Part shown: one piece after another, positions 40,862 to 51,251 of the stretch
How positions within the stretch are numbered: position 1 is the stretch's first letter
Layout of the letters: every line of letters starts with the position of its first letter
Assembly: GCA_046309355.1 (NCBI GenBank)
Contig: JBKCPL010000031.1
Location: 70,520 to 134,519, forward strand
DNA: 64,000 nucleotides
Direction: 5' to 3'
Source: Bacteroidota bacterium
GTDB taxonomy: Bacteria > Bacteroidota > Bacteroidia > UKL13-3
Position numbers and translations under genes: made by a program
The notes under the pieces: model-generated
What the model was told of the DNA's origin: nothing
What the model saw: the letters and a program-made list of their open reading frames with translations, nothing else
The model's database searches: none

Positions 40862-40885
40862 GTGGGTGTCTTAATCTGCAATAAA

Positions 40886-40920
40886 CAAAAAACGGAAGAC
40901 AAAGTTGTCTTCCGTTTAAT
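40886..40920 (-). terminator. Rho-independent terminator downstream of trxA.
   Basis: An aaacggaagac / gtcttccgttt stem is followed on the minus strand by a T-run. Confidence 0.6.
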
Positions 40921-40939
40921 AAATAAAGATTAGTTGCTG

Positions 40940-41260
40940 TTAAGCCAACTGTGCGTTCAGTTTATTGGCCAAAACATGTTTAGGTACTGCGCCTACTTGT
41001 TTATCTACCAGCTGACCGTTTTTAAAGAACAACAAAGCAGGAATACTCATAATACCATACATAGTAGCTACCTGTGGATTAAAATCTACGTTTAATTTCC
41101 CGATTATTGCTTTGCCATCGTATTCTTTAGCTAATTCTTCAACCACAGGACCTACCATGCGGCACGGCCCACACCATTCTGCCCAAAAATCAACAAGCAC
41201 CGGTTTGTCTGATTCTAAAACAACTCTTTGAAAGTTGCCGTCTGTAATTTCTATTGCCAT
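40940..41260 (-). CDS. trxA: Thioredoxin.
   Basis: WAEWCGPCRMV is the WCGPC active site and the length is 106 aa. Confidence 0.95.
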   Translation of the reverse strand: MAIEITDGNFQRVVLESDKPVLVDFWAEWCGPCRMVGPVVEELAKEYDGKAIIGKLNVDFNPQVATMYGIMSIPALLFFKNGQLVDKQVGAVPKHVLANKLNAQLA

Positions 41261-41359
41261 ATTCTTTTTTATTTAAATCTGTGTTATTCGGTGCGCAATT
41301 TATAATCCAATCGTCAAGATAACACATATTGGCAGTCATTGTTTGTCCACCTGCTGTGT

Positions 41360-44300
41360 TCATTTTATTTTATAACTGATGTCGAGCTGATTAAGTGACG
41401 TTATAAACTCGTTAGTAAATGACACTTTATATTTTGTTGAACTAGTTGATACCGCTAACTTTTGCTCATCATCATGCACATTTATTTTAATGCCCACACC
41501 TCCTTTATTATTCTCCAGCAGGTGTGTAAACTGTTGAATAAACGGCTTATCAATCTGTTCCGATTTTACAGTCAAAGTGACACGTTGCAACAGCTTTTCC
41601 CTAACCTCGGGCAAAAGGATTATCTGATTTACTTTGAACTCATACTGATCGGTAGAGTTAAACCTTAGGCGCATGGCACCTTTTATGTGCAGCATATGTC
41701 CCGATGCTATCAGGTGTTTAAATTTCAGGTAATCTTCGCTCCACATGGTAATTCGGTACGAATCGGTATAGTCTTCCAGCGTAAAATTAGCGTAGGGCTT
41801 ATTGTTTTTCGAAATTTTCTCGAACACCTCTGTGACTATTCCTGCAATGGATACCTCTTTGTTTCGGATGTTGGCCAATTCAATAAGCGGAGTAATATTA
41901 AAGTGAGTAAACTCAAATCTATAGTCATCAAGCGGGTGACCAGATAAGTACATGCCAATTACTTCTTTCTCACGCCTGAGTTTTTCCATTAAACTCCAAG
42001 TCTCGCAAGGTTGAATGACCGGTGTAGCCAATTGCACAGTGCTTCCGCCTCCAAACAACGATTGCTGATTGGCAGCTTGATTGGTTTGCAGTGCATTGGC
42101 ATATTTTATAGCTTTCTCGATTAGGTTTGGTTCTTCACCGGTTTCTGGGAAAAAGTACTGTGCCCGATGTATGTTTTCAAAGCAATCGAATGCACCGGCC
42201 AATGCCAGCACCTCAAAGTTGCGCTTGTTTACGGTTCGTAAGTTTACCCGTGTGGTAAGTTCAAAAATGCTGCTGTAGGGACCATTCTGCTCACGCTCGG
42301 CTATAATTTCGGCAACGGCTGCCTCACCCACTCCTTTAATACCCATTAGGCCAAAACGTATTTCGCCTTTCTTATTGGGTGAAAATTTTTCGAGCGATTC
42401 ATTAATATCCGGACCTAATACAGGAATACCCATACGTTTACATTCTTCCATGAAGAACGTAACTTTATCAATATTGCTCTGGTTGTGGGTGAGCACACAG
42501 GACATGTATTCAGCCGGATAATGCGCTTTCAGATAACCGGTTTGAAAGGCCACAAATGCGTAGCATGTAGAATGCGATTTGTTAAATGCATACGAGGCAA
42601 AAGCTTCCCAGTCAGTCCACACTTTTTCAAGTACCGTTTTGTCATGACCAAGTTCCACAGCGCCTTTCAAAAAAGTTTCTTTCAGGCTATCGAGTGTGCC
42701 TTTATCTTTTTTGCCCATCGCTTTTCGCAGGGTATCGGCCTGCCCCTTCGAGAAACCGGCCAGCTTTTGCGAAAGCAACATTACCTGTTCCTGATACACT
42801 GTGATACCGTATGTATCTTTCAGGATTTCTTCCATAGCTGCTATATCATAAGCCACCTGCTGCTTGCCATGTTTTCGGGCAATGTAATCAGGAATGTAAG
42901 CCAATGGACCCGGCCTGTAAAGCGCGTTCATGGCTATTAAATCCTCAAAACGGTCGGGCTTCAGCTCCTTCAGGTATTTTTGCATTCCTGTACTTTCAAA
43001 CTGAAACGTTCCGTTGGTTTCTCCACGGGCAAAAAGCTGAAGTGTTTTTTCATCATTCAGCGGAATAGCATCAATATCCAAATCTATTCCGTGGTTGTGC
43101 TTAATCAGTTTTAGCGTATCCTTTATAATGGATAGGTTTTTTAAACCCAGAAAATCCATTTTTATTACGCCTGCATCTTCTATAACTTTTCCTTCGTACT
43201 GTGTGATCAGCAGGTTTACGTCTTTAACAGTTGCAACGGGAACTATTTCAGTCAGGTCTTTCGGAGCAATGATAATTCCGGCTGCATGTATGCCTGTTCC
43301 ACGTACAGAGCCTTCCAGTACCAGCGCTTCTTTCAGTACCTCCGATCTTAAATCTTTGCCTGCGTATATTTCGCGCAATTTCTTTACATCGTCCAGCTCT
43401 TCTGATGCAAGCGTTTCTTCTTCTTTCAGGCTTTTCTCTCCTTCCAGCGGAGCATGCAAAACCCTATCCAGGCTAATGCCCGGCTTTTCGGGAACGAGCT
43501 TTGCCAGTATGTTCGACTCGGCAAGTGGCAAATCAAGTACTCGGGCCACATCCTTAATACTCATCTTAGCAGCCATTGAGCCGTAGGTAACAATGTGTGC
43601 CACCTGATTTTTGCCGTATTTGTCCACCACATAATCAATAACCCGCTGTCTGCCTTCGTCATCAAAGTCGGTATCAATATCGGGCATCGATTTACGTTCG
43701 GGGTTTAAGAATCGTTCGAACAGCAAGTCGTACTTTATCGGATCTATATTTGTTATACCAATGCAATACGCTACAGCCGACCCGGCAGCTGAACCCCGAC
43801 CGGGCCCGACAAATACCCCCATATCTCGACCGGCTTTAATAAAATCGGATACAATTAAAAAATAGCCTGCAAAACCCATCGTGCGAATGGTGTGCAATTC
43901 AAATTTAATACGCTCTTCTATTTCCGGAGTTAGTTCTTTGTACCGTTCGCGTGCTCCAGTCCATGTTAGATGTTCGAGGTAATCATCCTGTGATAAAAAT
44001 CCTTCAGGCAACGGGAAATTAGGCAACAGTATATCACGCTTCAAATCAAGTAACTCTACTTTATCAACAATAAGGTTCGTGTTATCAATGGCCTCGGGTA
44101 TATCTGAAAACAGATCAGACATTTCCTGGGTGGTTTTGAAGTAAAACTGATCGTTGGCAAACGCAAAACGCTTGCCCTTCCCTATGGTATCTTCATCGGC
44201 AAATTCCTTAACGCTGGGTGTACTTTTTTTCTCTCCGGTATTAATACATAACAATATATCGTGTGCATTGTAATCCTTCTGGTCTACATAATGCGAATCG

Positions 44301-44938
44301 TTGGATGCAATAACCGGAACATTGTATTTAGCAGCAAAACGAAGCAATACCTCGTTCACTTTAGTTTGTTCAGGAATATTGTGGCGCTGCAATTCAACAT
44401 AGTAATCATCGCCAAACAGATTAAGCCACCATTTAAATTCTTCTTCTGCTTCAACCTCGCCTTTTTTAAGTATCGTTTTGGGAACGGATGCACCTATGCA
44501 ACATGTAGTGGCAATTAATCCTTCATGATATGTAAGTATTAGCTCTTTATCAATGCGTGGATATTTCCCATACAGGCCTTCCATGTAACCAAGCGAGCAT
44601 AGTTTTATGAGATTTCGGTAACCTTGCTCATTTTTGGCCAGCAGCAATTGATGGTAGCGTATGTCCTTATCTTCTTTGGTAAAACTTCTTTTATGCCTGT
44701 CGGTTACTACATAAAACTCACAACCAACTACAGGTTTAACCAGAGGTTTGCCGTCAGCTCCTTTATGTTTATAGGCCTCGGCAACAAACTTAAATGCCCC
44801 GAACATATTGCCGTGGTCGGTTATGGCTATGGCAGGCATCTGGTCGGCCAGGGCTTTTTTATACAATTTACCAATATTGGCTGCTCCATCTAACAGCGAG
44901 AATTGTGTGTGAACATGCAGGTGAGAAAATGATGGCAT
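41360..44938 (-). CDS. dnaE: DNA polymerase III alpha subunit.
   Basis: The PHP domain starts MPSFSHLHVHTQFSLLDGA, and the polymerase core and OB fold are present. The start is moved to the ATG at 44938. The track's 45040 start adds 34 implausible N-terminal residues. Confidence 0.95.
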   Translation of the reverse strand: MPSFSHLHVHTQFSLLDGAANIGKLYKKALADQMPAIAITDHGNMFGAFKFVAEAYKHKGADGKPLVKPVVGCEFYVVTDRHKRSFTKEDKDIRYHQLLLAKNEQGYRNLIKLCSLGYMEGLYGKYPRIDKELILTYHEGLIATTCCIGASVPKTILKKGEVEAEEEFKWWLNLFGDDYYVELQRHNIPEQTKVNEVLLRFAAKYNVPVIASNDSHYVDQKDYNAHDILLCINTGEKKSTPSVKEFADEDTIGKGKRFAFANDQFYFKTTQEMSDLFSDIPEAIDNTNLIVDKVELLDLKRDILLPNFPLPEGFLSQDDYLEHLTWTGARERYKELTPEIEERIKFELHTIRTMGFAGYFLIVSDFIKAGRDMGVFVGPGRGSAAGSAVAYCIGITNIDPIKYDLLFERFLNPERKSMPDIDTDFDDEGRQRVIDYVVDKYGKNQVAHIVTYGSMAAKMSIKDVARVLDLPLAESNILAKLVPEKPGISLDRVLHAPLEGEKSLKEEETLASEELDDVKKLREIYAGKDLRSEVLKEALVLEGSVRGTGIHAAGIIIAPKDLTEIVPVATVKDVNLLITQYEGKVIEDAGVIKMDFLGLKNLSIIKDTLKLIKHNHGIDLDIDAIPLNDEKTLQLFARGETNGTFQFESTGMQKYLKELKPDRFEDLIAMNALYRPGPLAYIPDYIARKHGKQQVAYDIAAMEEILKDTYGITVYQEQVMLLSQKLAGFSKGQADTLRKAMGKKDKGTLDSLKETFLKGAVELGHDKTVLEKVWTDWEAFASYAFNKSHSTCYAFVAFQTGYLKAHYPAEYMSCVLTHNQSNIDKVTFFMEECKRMGIPVLGPDINESLEKFSPNKKGEIRFGLMGIKGVGEAAVAEIIAEREQNGPYSSIFELTTRVNLRTVNKRNFEVLALAGAFDCFENIHRAQYFFPETGEEPNLIEKAIKYANALQTNQAANQQSLFGGGSTVQLATPVIQPCETWSLMEKLRREKEVIGMYLSGHPLDDYRFEFTHFNITPLIELANIRNKEVSIAGIVTEVFEKISKNNKPYANFTLEDYTDSYRITMWSEDYLKFKHLIASGHMLHIKGAMRLRFNSTDQYEFKVNQIILLPEVREKLLQRVTLTVKSEQIDKPFIQQFTHLLENNKGGVGIKINVHDDEQKLAVSTSSTKYKVSFTNEFITSLNQLDISYKIK

Positions 44939-45157
44939 TTGAAATGTGTATAGAACTGGCGAAATTACAGAAACCAAAAGTTTATTAAAGTGGTGTTGAT
45001 AATTGGTTAAATAGTTATGTGAGCGGTGTGAATAGCACACGTAAAATATACAATATATTGCTAACCAACATTTTATTAAAATTCAATCGCTTTTGTTTTT
45101 TATGAAAGTTCAATAGTTTTGACATTCAGAAAAATCTTAACAATTAATTTATACATC

Positions 45158-47044
45158 ATGAAAAAAATCTACTTCGTTGGATTACTCGCAGCATGTGCCA
45201 ATGCATTTGCACAGGCTCCTAAAGTAAGCTCTACTATTACCGATGCAGTTTCTACCGTACAGCCGGTAAAAGACCATGTATCGCCATCACCGGTGCGTGT
45301 AAATCCGGACAACCGTGTTTTTCCGTCTACTTATTTCGGCAAAAGTGCGCGTATTACAAAAATTGGCACTACGCAGAACGACCAGCAAACAAACGCTGCT
45401 ATCTATAGACGCATTGAGGTGTTGCCTGAAGGCAAGATGTCTGCTTCTTGGACAACCTCAACTGACCAGTCGCCATACGTACAACGCGGATCAGGATACA
45501 ACCATGCAGGAAGCAACGGCTGGGGACCTGTTTCTGATATCCGAATTGAGCCAGAACGTGCAGGTTTCCCGAACTACGCATTTAACCCCACCACCAATGA
45601 GGAAATAATTACCTCTCACATTGTAAAAGCTCAAGGTACAACTAATGCAGGTGCAGCGGGTGGATTACTAATGAATAAATCAGCAGTAGGCTCACGTACT
45701 TGGACTACTACAACCATTTTAGACACAACTGTAACTATTCCCGGAATTCTATGGAACCGCACAGCCATTTCAGGTGATTATATGCATGTAGTTGCATCGT
45801 ATACCGACTCATCGGCACAGCAACCAACACGTGTGGTAATGGGCGGAGTTCGTACGCCACAAGTTTACTCGCGTTACAAATTCAGCACCGATACCTGGGA
45901 AGTAAAAAATCAATTGCTTCCTGGTTATGACAATACACGTTACTACGCAGGTGGTGGCGATAATTACAGCATTGATGCTGTTGGATCAAACGTTGCCGTA
46001 CTTATTGGCGGATTAACTGATGATTTGACATTGTGGAAATCTACGGATAACGGTACAAACTGGACTAAAACTATTATCGATTCATTCCCGGTTGCAGCTT
46101 ACAACTACAAAATGTTAGTTGATACTTCCATATCAAATGACGGTGGAGTTCACCTGTTGCTTGACAATTCAGGTAAAGCACATTGCTTCTGGCCAATTGC
46201 TCGTGTATTAGATGTTGACACCAACGATGAAAGCATCAGCTATTTCCCAGGCCAAACTCAGCTTCGCTACTGGCAAGAAGGCTGGCCTATTGACACATTC
46301 CGTGTTGTAGGTGGTGGCATGGATGAAGATAATGACGGCCAATATTCTCTTGGTTCATCGTGGAATGCAACAGGTGCTCGCTACGGCAACCATTCTATTG
46401 TTACCATGCCTTATTCGGGTATTACTGCTAATGGACATATTTACATGATTTATTCAGCCCTTACTGAAAAAGATGAGGCAACTGACGGACGTAATTACCG
46501 CGATGTGTATGTTAGCCGTTCGGTTGATGGCGGTGAGACCTGGCAAGGACCTGTTAACCTTACTTCATGGATAGGTCTTAACGTAGAGCAAATTTTTGCA
46601 TCGATGGCCAAAACCGTTAACGATAAACTACACATCACATTTATGCAAAAAACAAGTATAGGTCGCTACGATGCAACAAATAACCCTGGTGCAGTAGGCC
46701 CTTACGATATTTATTACATGAGTGTAGATACTGCTGATTTGTTTGCTAGCGGTGGTGTATTAAGCACTAAAAAAGCAGTTGCCGATGTGATGTCAGTTGA
46801 ACAAAACTTCCCTAATCCGTTCAGTGAGTATACCAGCATAGCTGTTACATTCAAAAACACTACGGATGCCGTTGTGCGTGTTACCGATATCATGGGCCGC
46901 GAAATGCTGGTGAAAGAATTTAAAAATCTATCAGCAGGCAAATCTGTACTCGACCTAAATCTTGGAAACATTCCGGCAGGTGTATATATGTATACTATTT
47001 CTGCCGATGGCGTAGAGGTTACGAACCGTATGATGGTTAAATAA
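45158..47044 (+). CDS. Secreted BNR/Asp-box repeat (sialidase-like beta-propeller) protein with a T9SS C-terminal sorting domain.
   Basis: The ATG at 45158 gives the signal peptide MKKIYFVGLLAACANAFAQA. The Asp-boxes are STDNGTNWT and SRSVDGGETWQ. The C-terminus ...FPNPFSEYTSIAV...GVYMYTISADGVEVTNRMMVK is a Por_Secre_tail. Confidence 0.7.
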   Translation: MKKIYFVGLLAACANAFAQAPKVSSTITDAVSTVQPVKDHVSPSPVRVNPDNRVFPSTYFGKSARITKIGTTQNDQQTNAAIYRRIEVLPEGKMSASWTTSTDQSPYVQRGSGYNHAGSNGWGPVSDIRIEPERAGFPNYAFNPTTNEEIITSHIVKAQGTTNAGAAGGLLMNKSAVGSRTWTTTTILDTTVTIPGILWNRTAISGDYMHVVASYTDSSAQQPTRVVMGGVRTPQVYSRYKFSTDTWEVKNQLLPGYDNTRYYAGGGDNYSIDAVGSNVAVLIGGLTDDLTLWKSTDNGTNWTKTIIDSFPVAAYNYKMLVDTSISNDGGVHLLLDNSGKAHCFWPIARVLDVDTNDESISYFPGQTQLRYWQEGWPIDTFRVVGGGMDEDNDGQYSLGSSWNATGARYGNHSIVTMPYSGITANGHIYMIYSALTEKDEATDGRNYRDVYVSRSVDGGETWQGPVNLTSWIGLNVEQIFASMAKTVNDKLHITFMQKTSIGRYDATNNPGAVGPYDIYYMSVDTADLFASGGVLSTKKAVADVMSVEQNFPNPFSEYTSIAVTFKNTTDAVVRVTDIMGREMLVKEFKNLSAGKSVLDLNLGNIPAGVYMYTISADGVEVTNRMMVK

Positions 47045-47067
47045 TTCTCTTTTGCGAATACATACTC

Positions 47068-47109
47068 AGAAAGGCACTTGTTATCCAACAAGTGCCTTTC
47101 TTTTTTTTA
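47068..47109. terminator. Bidirectional rho-independent terminator between convergent genes.
   Basis: A 12-bp gaaaggcacttg ... caagtgcctttc stem is followed by a T9 run. Confidence 0.75.
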
Positions 47110-47154
47110 GGTCTATGCTTTGTAACGCTAAAATGCAGCACAACTAACCAGTTC

Positions 47155-48552
47155 TTAAAATATTTTTCCGGGGTTAAGAATGCCGTTGGGATCAAACGCC
47201 TGTTTAATTCTACGCATAAGATCCAGCTGAACCTCCGGCATCACAACATGCATGTAAGGTTTTTGAACCAACCCTATGCCATGCTCACCGCTAATAGTTC
47301 CTCCAAGTTTTTTGCACCAACTGAAAATTTCTTCTATGGCATGGGGTATATCCGTATTCCACTGTTCATCCGTTAATGCATCGCGCAGTATATTCACATG
47401 TAAATTGCCATCGCCCGCATGTCCGTAGCATACTGTTCTGAAACCATACCGGGCTCCTATCTCCTTTACTGCCCGGTATAATTGAGGCAGCTCGGCACGA
47501 GGCACTACGGTATCTTCTTCTTTGTATGTATTATTCAGCTTTGTAGCTTCACCTATGCTTCTGCGCAACTTCCACAAATACTCTTTTTCATCGGCACTTT
47601 GCGCAAATAGAACATCCACACTCCCAAACTCTTCCAACACAACTGCTATCTGTTCGGATTCTTTCATTATTTCTTCATCCTCATTTCCGTCCACTTCAAT
47701 TAATAGGTAAGCTTCAATATCGTTTTTTACCTCAAAATGCATGGAAAGCATGCCTGCGGATAACCTGAATCCTTCGGGTTCAACAAACTCGCACGCACTC
47801 GGCTTACAACCTGCCAGAAATAATGCATTTACTGCCTCACACGCTTTTTCGGGAGAGGTGAACGGTGCCAGCATAAGAACAGTTTTCGCAGGATGCGGAA
47901 TTAACCTGAATACAATTTTGGTTACTATACCCAGCGTACCTTCACTGCCAATTAGTAAATGTGTCAGATTATATCCGGTCGAGTATTTCAACGTGTTGGC
48001 ACCTGTCCACATAATTTCACCGGTAGGCAAAACAACTTCGAGGTTCAAGACATAATCACGTGTAGTGCCGTACTTCAAGGCTCTTGGTCCACCACTGGCA
48101 TGGGCTATATTTCCACCCAGGAAACAACTTCCCTTACTGGCCGGGTCGGGCGGGTAGAAAAGTCCGTGTTCTTTCACGGTTTGCTGCAATACTTCATTGA
48201 TGACTCCCGGCTCAACGGTTACCTGAAAATTGCGTGTATCCACTTTCAAAATTTCATTAAAACGCTGCATGCTTAACACTACACCCCCATGCACCGGAAG
48301 AGCTGCACCGCTTAGTCCGGTACCCGCACCGCGTGGTGTAACCGGAATGTGCGATTCATGACACATTTTAAGTATCTGTGAAACCTGCTCAGCAGTTCGG
48401 GGCTTAAGCACAACCTCGGGTGTATAGTGCAAATCTTCCGTATAATCGCGGCTGTATTCCACTTTTGCATCGTCAGAAATTATGACGTGCTCTTCACCAA
48501 CTAGTTCAATAAACTGCTTTATTTGCTTTTCAGTAACCCTGTTATATTGCAT
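47155..48552 (-). CDS. FAD-linked oxidase (GlcD / D-lactate dehydrogenase-like, FAD_binding_4 plus FAD-oxidase_C).
   Basis: PRGAGTGLSGAA is the FAD-binding motif. The C-terminal ...GTISGEHGIGLVQKPYM is typical of GlcD. The start is the ATG at 48552. Confidence 0.8.
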   Translation of the reverse strand: MQYNRVTEKQIKQFIELVGEEHVIISDDAKVEYSRDYTEDLHYTPEVVLKPRTAEQVSQILKMCHESHIPVTPRGAGTGLSGAALPVHGGVVLSMQRFNEILKVDTRNFQVTVEPGVINEVLQQTVKEHGLFYPPDPASKGSCFLGGNIAHASGGPRALKYGTTRDYVLNLEVVLPTGEIMWTGANTLKYSTGYNLTHLLIGSEGTLGIVTKIVFRLIPHPAKTVLMLAPFTSPEKACEAVNALFLAGCKPSACEFVEPEGFRLSAGMLSMHFEVKNDIEAYLLIEVDGNEDEEIMKESEQIAVVLEEFGSVDVLFAQSADEKEYLWKLRRSIGEATKLNNTYKEEDTVVPRAELPQLYRAVKEIGARYGFRTVCYGHAGDGNLHVNILRDALTDEQWNTDIPHAIEEIFSWCKKLGGTISGEHGIGLVQKPYMHVVMPEVQLDLMRRIKQAFDPNGILNPGKIF

Positions 48553-48605
48553 ACACAATAGTACACCTTACCCTTAATAACCCACAACACGAAATATTCA
48601 CATCT

Positions 48606-50759
48606 ATGATGAAAAGACTGACTCAACTCTTAGCTGTATTTGCCTTGCTTATTGCTCCCACTGTTCGTGCTCAGCAGTTTATTACGTTGGAAGATATCTG
48701 GAGCAAAGGAACCTTTAGCGCTAAAGGAATAAGCGGTTTCAATTCCATGAGTGATGGCCGGTATTATACGGCTCAGGATGATAATGAAAACATTATTCGA
48801 TATGCATTTGCTACAGGAAAAGCAATTGATACACTCGCTAAAAAATCTGAAATAGGACTATCCCGATTTAGCTATACATTCTCAGCCAATGAACAAATGC
48901 TGCTATTACAAACCAATTTCAAGCAACTATACCGTCATTCCTACTCAGCCGACATTTACCTGTTTGATTTAACATCTAAAAAACTCTTGCAGCCTACCAC
49001 TCGAAAAGTAATGCTGCCCGAAATTTCTCCAAGTGGTAAACATCTGGCCTATGTGTTCGAAAATAACCTGTACATATATGATTTAGCCACAGGAAAGGAA
49101 AAGCAACTCACAACCGATGGAAAACTAAACAGCATTATAAACGGAGCTACCGATTGGGTGTACGAAGAGGAATTCGGGCTTTCGAAAGGATTTTACTGGA
49201 ATGCAGATGGCAGCCGTATTGCCTACTACAGGTTTGATGAAAGTCAGGTAAAGGAATTCAGTATGGCCATGTATGGTGAGCTGTATCCGGAAAACTACAC
49301 CTTTAAATACCCTAAGGCAGGTGAAGCCAATTCTGTCATACAAATCATCACCTATCAACTAAGTACCGATACAAAAACGATGATAGATATAGGTACTGAC
49401 GAAAACATTTACATACCTCGCATATGCTGGTCTCGAAACACAGATGAACTGATGGTAATGCGTATGAATAGGTTGCAAAACAAACTTGAACTGATGCTTA
49501 ACAATCTGAGTAAAAAAACGAGCTCCGTTATTTACACCGAAGAAAATGCGGCATATGTTGAAGTGCCCGAAATTACATTTATGAATGACGGATCAACATT
49601 TATACTGAACAGCGAAAAGGATGGATGGAACCACTTGTACCGATATTCCTTAAACGGTTCGCTTGTGCGTAAACTAACATCGGGAAACTGGGACGTAGAT
49701 AAATTTTATGGAGTGAACGAAAAACGAAAAGAATTTTACATCTGTGCCGGACAACAAAACAGCACCGAGCGCTATGTGTATGCCTTGTCAATGGATGGCA
49801 AACAACAACGAATACTTACTACACGCAAAGGATGGAATTCGGCTACCTTCAACAGCGACTTTTCATATTTCATGCTTGCCCATTCATCCCTGGTTTCACC
49901 TCCTTACTTTGCGCTGTGCACCACTGCCGGCAAAGAAGTGCGTGTACTTGAAGACAACCAATCACTTTCTGATAAATTAAAAAACTACAGCCTATCATCG
50001 GCTGAAATGTCTCCATTTAAAAACGAAAATGGCGATACGCTGAACGGTTTCATCATTAAACCTACGTCATTCAATGCAAACACTAAATATCCGGTATTGA
50101 TGTACGTGTATGGCGGACCGGGACATCAGCTGGCTGTGAATCGCTGGATGGGTGCTTACTACTTCTGGTTTCAGATGCTGGCCGCAAAAGGCTATATAGT
50201 CGTATGTACCGATGGACGCGGAACGGGCTTCAAAGGCGAAAAATTTAAAAAATGTACCTATCTGCAACTTGGTAAATATGAACTAGAAGACCAAATTTAT
50301 GTGGCCCGGCAATTGGGCAAACTACCGTATGTGGATGCAACCCGTATAGGTATGTTTGGCTGGAGCTTTGGCGGATACATGTCAAGCCTGGCCATCACCA
50401 AAGGTGCCGATATATTTAAAACTGCAATTGCAGTGGCTCCGGTTACAAACTGGCGCTATTACGACAATATATATACCGAACGTTTTATGCGTACACCACA
50501 GGAAAACGGCAAAAACTATGACGACAATTCACCTATTCACTTTGTAGATAAAATAAAAGGAAACTACCTAATTATTCATGGAACAGCCGATGATAATGTA
50601 CATTTTCAAAATGCAGTAGAAATGGTGAATGCGATGATCAACAAGGGGGTGAGATTCGACAGCGAGTTTTACCCGAATAAAAACCATGGAATTGGCGGTG
50701 GGAAAACACGCCTGCACCTGTTTGAACGTATGACACGCTACATCACCGAAAAATTGTAA
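48606..50759 (+). CDS. Dipeptidyl-peptidase IV-like S9B serine peptidase.
   Basis: There is a signal peptide. The beta-propeller region has DWVYEEEF. The catalytic Ser is in GWSFGGYMS, followed by an Asp and a His (...HGTADDNVHF...). Confidence 0.9.
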   Translation: MMKRLTQLLAVFALLIAPTVRAQQFITLEDIWSKGTFSAKGISGFNSMSDGRYYTAQDDNENIIRYAFATGKAIDTLAKKSEIGLSRFSYTFSANEQMLLLQTNFKQLYRHSYSADIYLFDLTSKKLLQPTTRKVMLPEISPSGKHLAYVFENNLYIYDLATGKEKQLTTDGKLNSIINGATDWVYEEEFGLSKGFYWNADGSRIAYYRFDESQVKEFSMAMYGELYPENYTFKYPKAGEANSVIQIITYQLSTDTKTMIDIGTDENIYIPRICWSRNTDELMVMRMNRLQNKLELMLNNLSKKTSSVIYTEENAAYVEVPEITFMNDGSTFILNSEKDGWNHLYRYSLNGSLVRKLTSGNWDVDKFYGVNEKRKEFYICAGQQNSTERYVYALSMDGKQQRILTTRKGWNSATFNSDFSYFMLAHSSLVSPPYFALCTTAGKEVRVLEDNQSLSDKLKNYSLSSAEMSPFKNENGDTLNGFIIKPTSFNANTKYPVLMYVYGGPGHQLAVNRWMGAYYFWFQMLAAKGYIVVCTDGRGTGFKGEKFKKCTYLQLGKYELEDQIYVARQLGKLPYVDATRIGMFGWSFGGYMSSLAITKGADIFKTAIAVAPVTNWRYYDNIYTERFMRTPQENGKNYDDNSPIHFVDKIKGNYLIIHGTADDNVHFQNAVEMVNAMINKGVRFDSEFYPNKNHGIGGGKTRLHLFERMTRYITEKL

Positions 50760-50769
50760 ACGTAAACTT

Positions 50770-51240
50770 CTACTGGGGCTGTGGTCGGTAAAAATCCATA
50801 GTACCCGTTTTTACGTTATTCAGGTTCCACGTGTTAGTCATTACCTTACGTACGCCATCCACATTTTGTTCGGCAATCACAATTTCACCTTGCGGTTTAA
50901 CCTCGTATACCACCGCTGTATGCTTAAGCATTTTCCATCGCATTATCTCTTTCTCGGTTTTCTTTTCCATTGTTACATGGCTAAGCTGTATGATATCGCC
51001 TGGTAAAATCTGAGCCGCTTTACAGGAGTATTTCTTTCCAAAACCGTAAGGGGCATCCCATTTAGCACCTGCGTAATCAAGCGCTTCTGCAGCCAGATCC
51101 CAGCACTCCCCTCGACCTACCTGCTTACCCATTACTGAATTTACATATTCAATAACTTTGGTATTTACGGCAGGCAATTCATTCTTAACCGAGGTTTTAA
51201 AACTTAGAAAAATGGCAGCTAGCAGAATAAGTTGTTTCAT
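50770..51240 (-). CDS. Secreted papain-fold (NlpC/P60 or CHAP-like) putative amidase/peptidase.
   Basis: There is a signal peptide. The candidate Cys is in GECWDLAAEAL, PGDIIQLSHV is a GD-type strand and the candidate His is in HTAVVYEV. The motif assignment is by eye only. Confidence 0.4.
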   Translation of the reverse strand: MKQLILLAAIFLSFKTSVKNELPAVNTKVIEYVNSVMGKQVGRGECWDLAAEALDYAGAKWDAPYGFGKKYSCKAAQILPGDIIQLSHVTMEKKTEKEIMRWKMLKHTAVVYEVKPQGEIVIAEQNVDGVRKVMTNTWNLNNVKTGTMDFYRPQPQ

Positions 51241-51251
51241 GCTATTGAAAG

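Noticed and set aside
41360-45040. Several long antisense or alternate-frame ORFs inside dnaE (for example 42485..42940 and 43095..43586). Similar ORFs sit inside clpC, lepB, the WD40-caspase gene and the mlaE region (21711..22010).
   Set aside because: They are embedded in confidently identified genes on the opposite strand or in another frame. They have no motifs or start contexts and are typical spurious ORFs.
44939-45040. An extended dnaE N-terminus of 34 aa (MCYSHRSHNYLTNYQHH...).
   Set aside because: The conserved PHP-domain start MPSFSHLHVH begins at the internal ATG. The extension is Cys/His/Tyr-rich nonsense.
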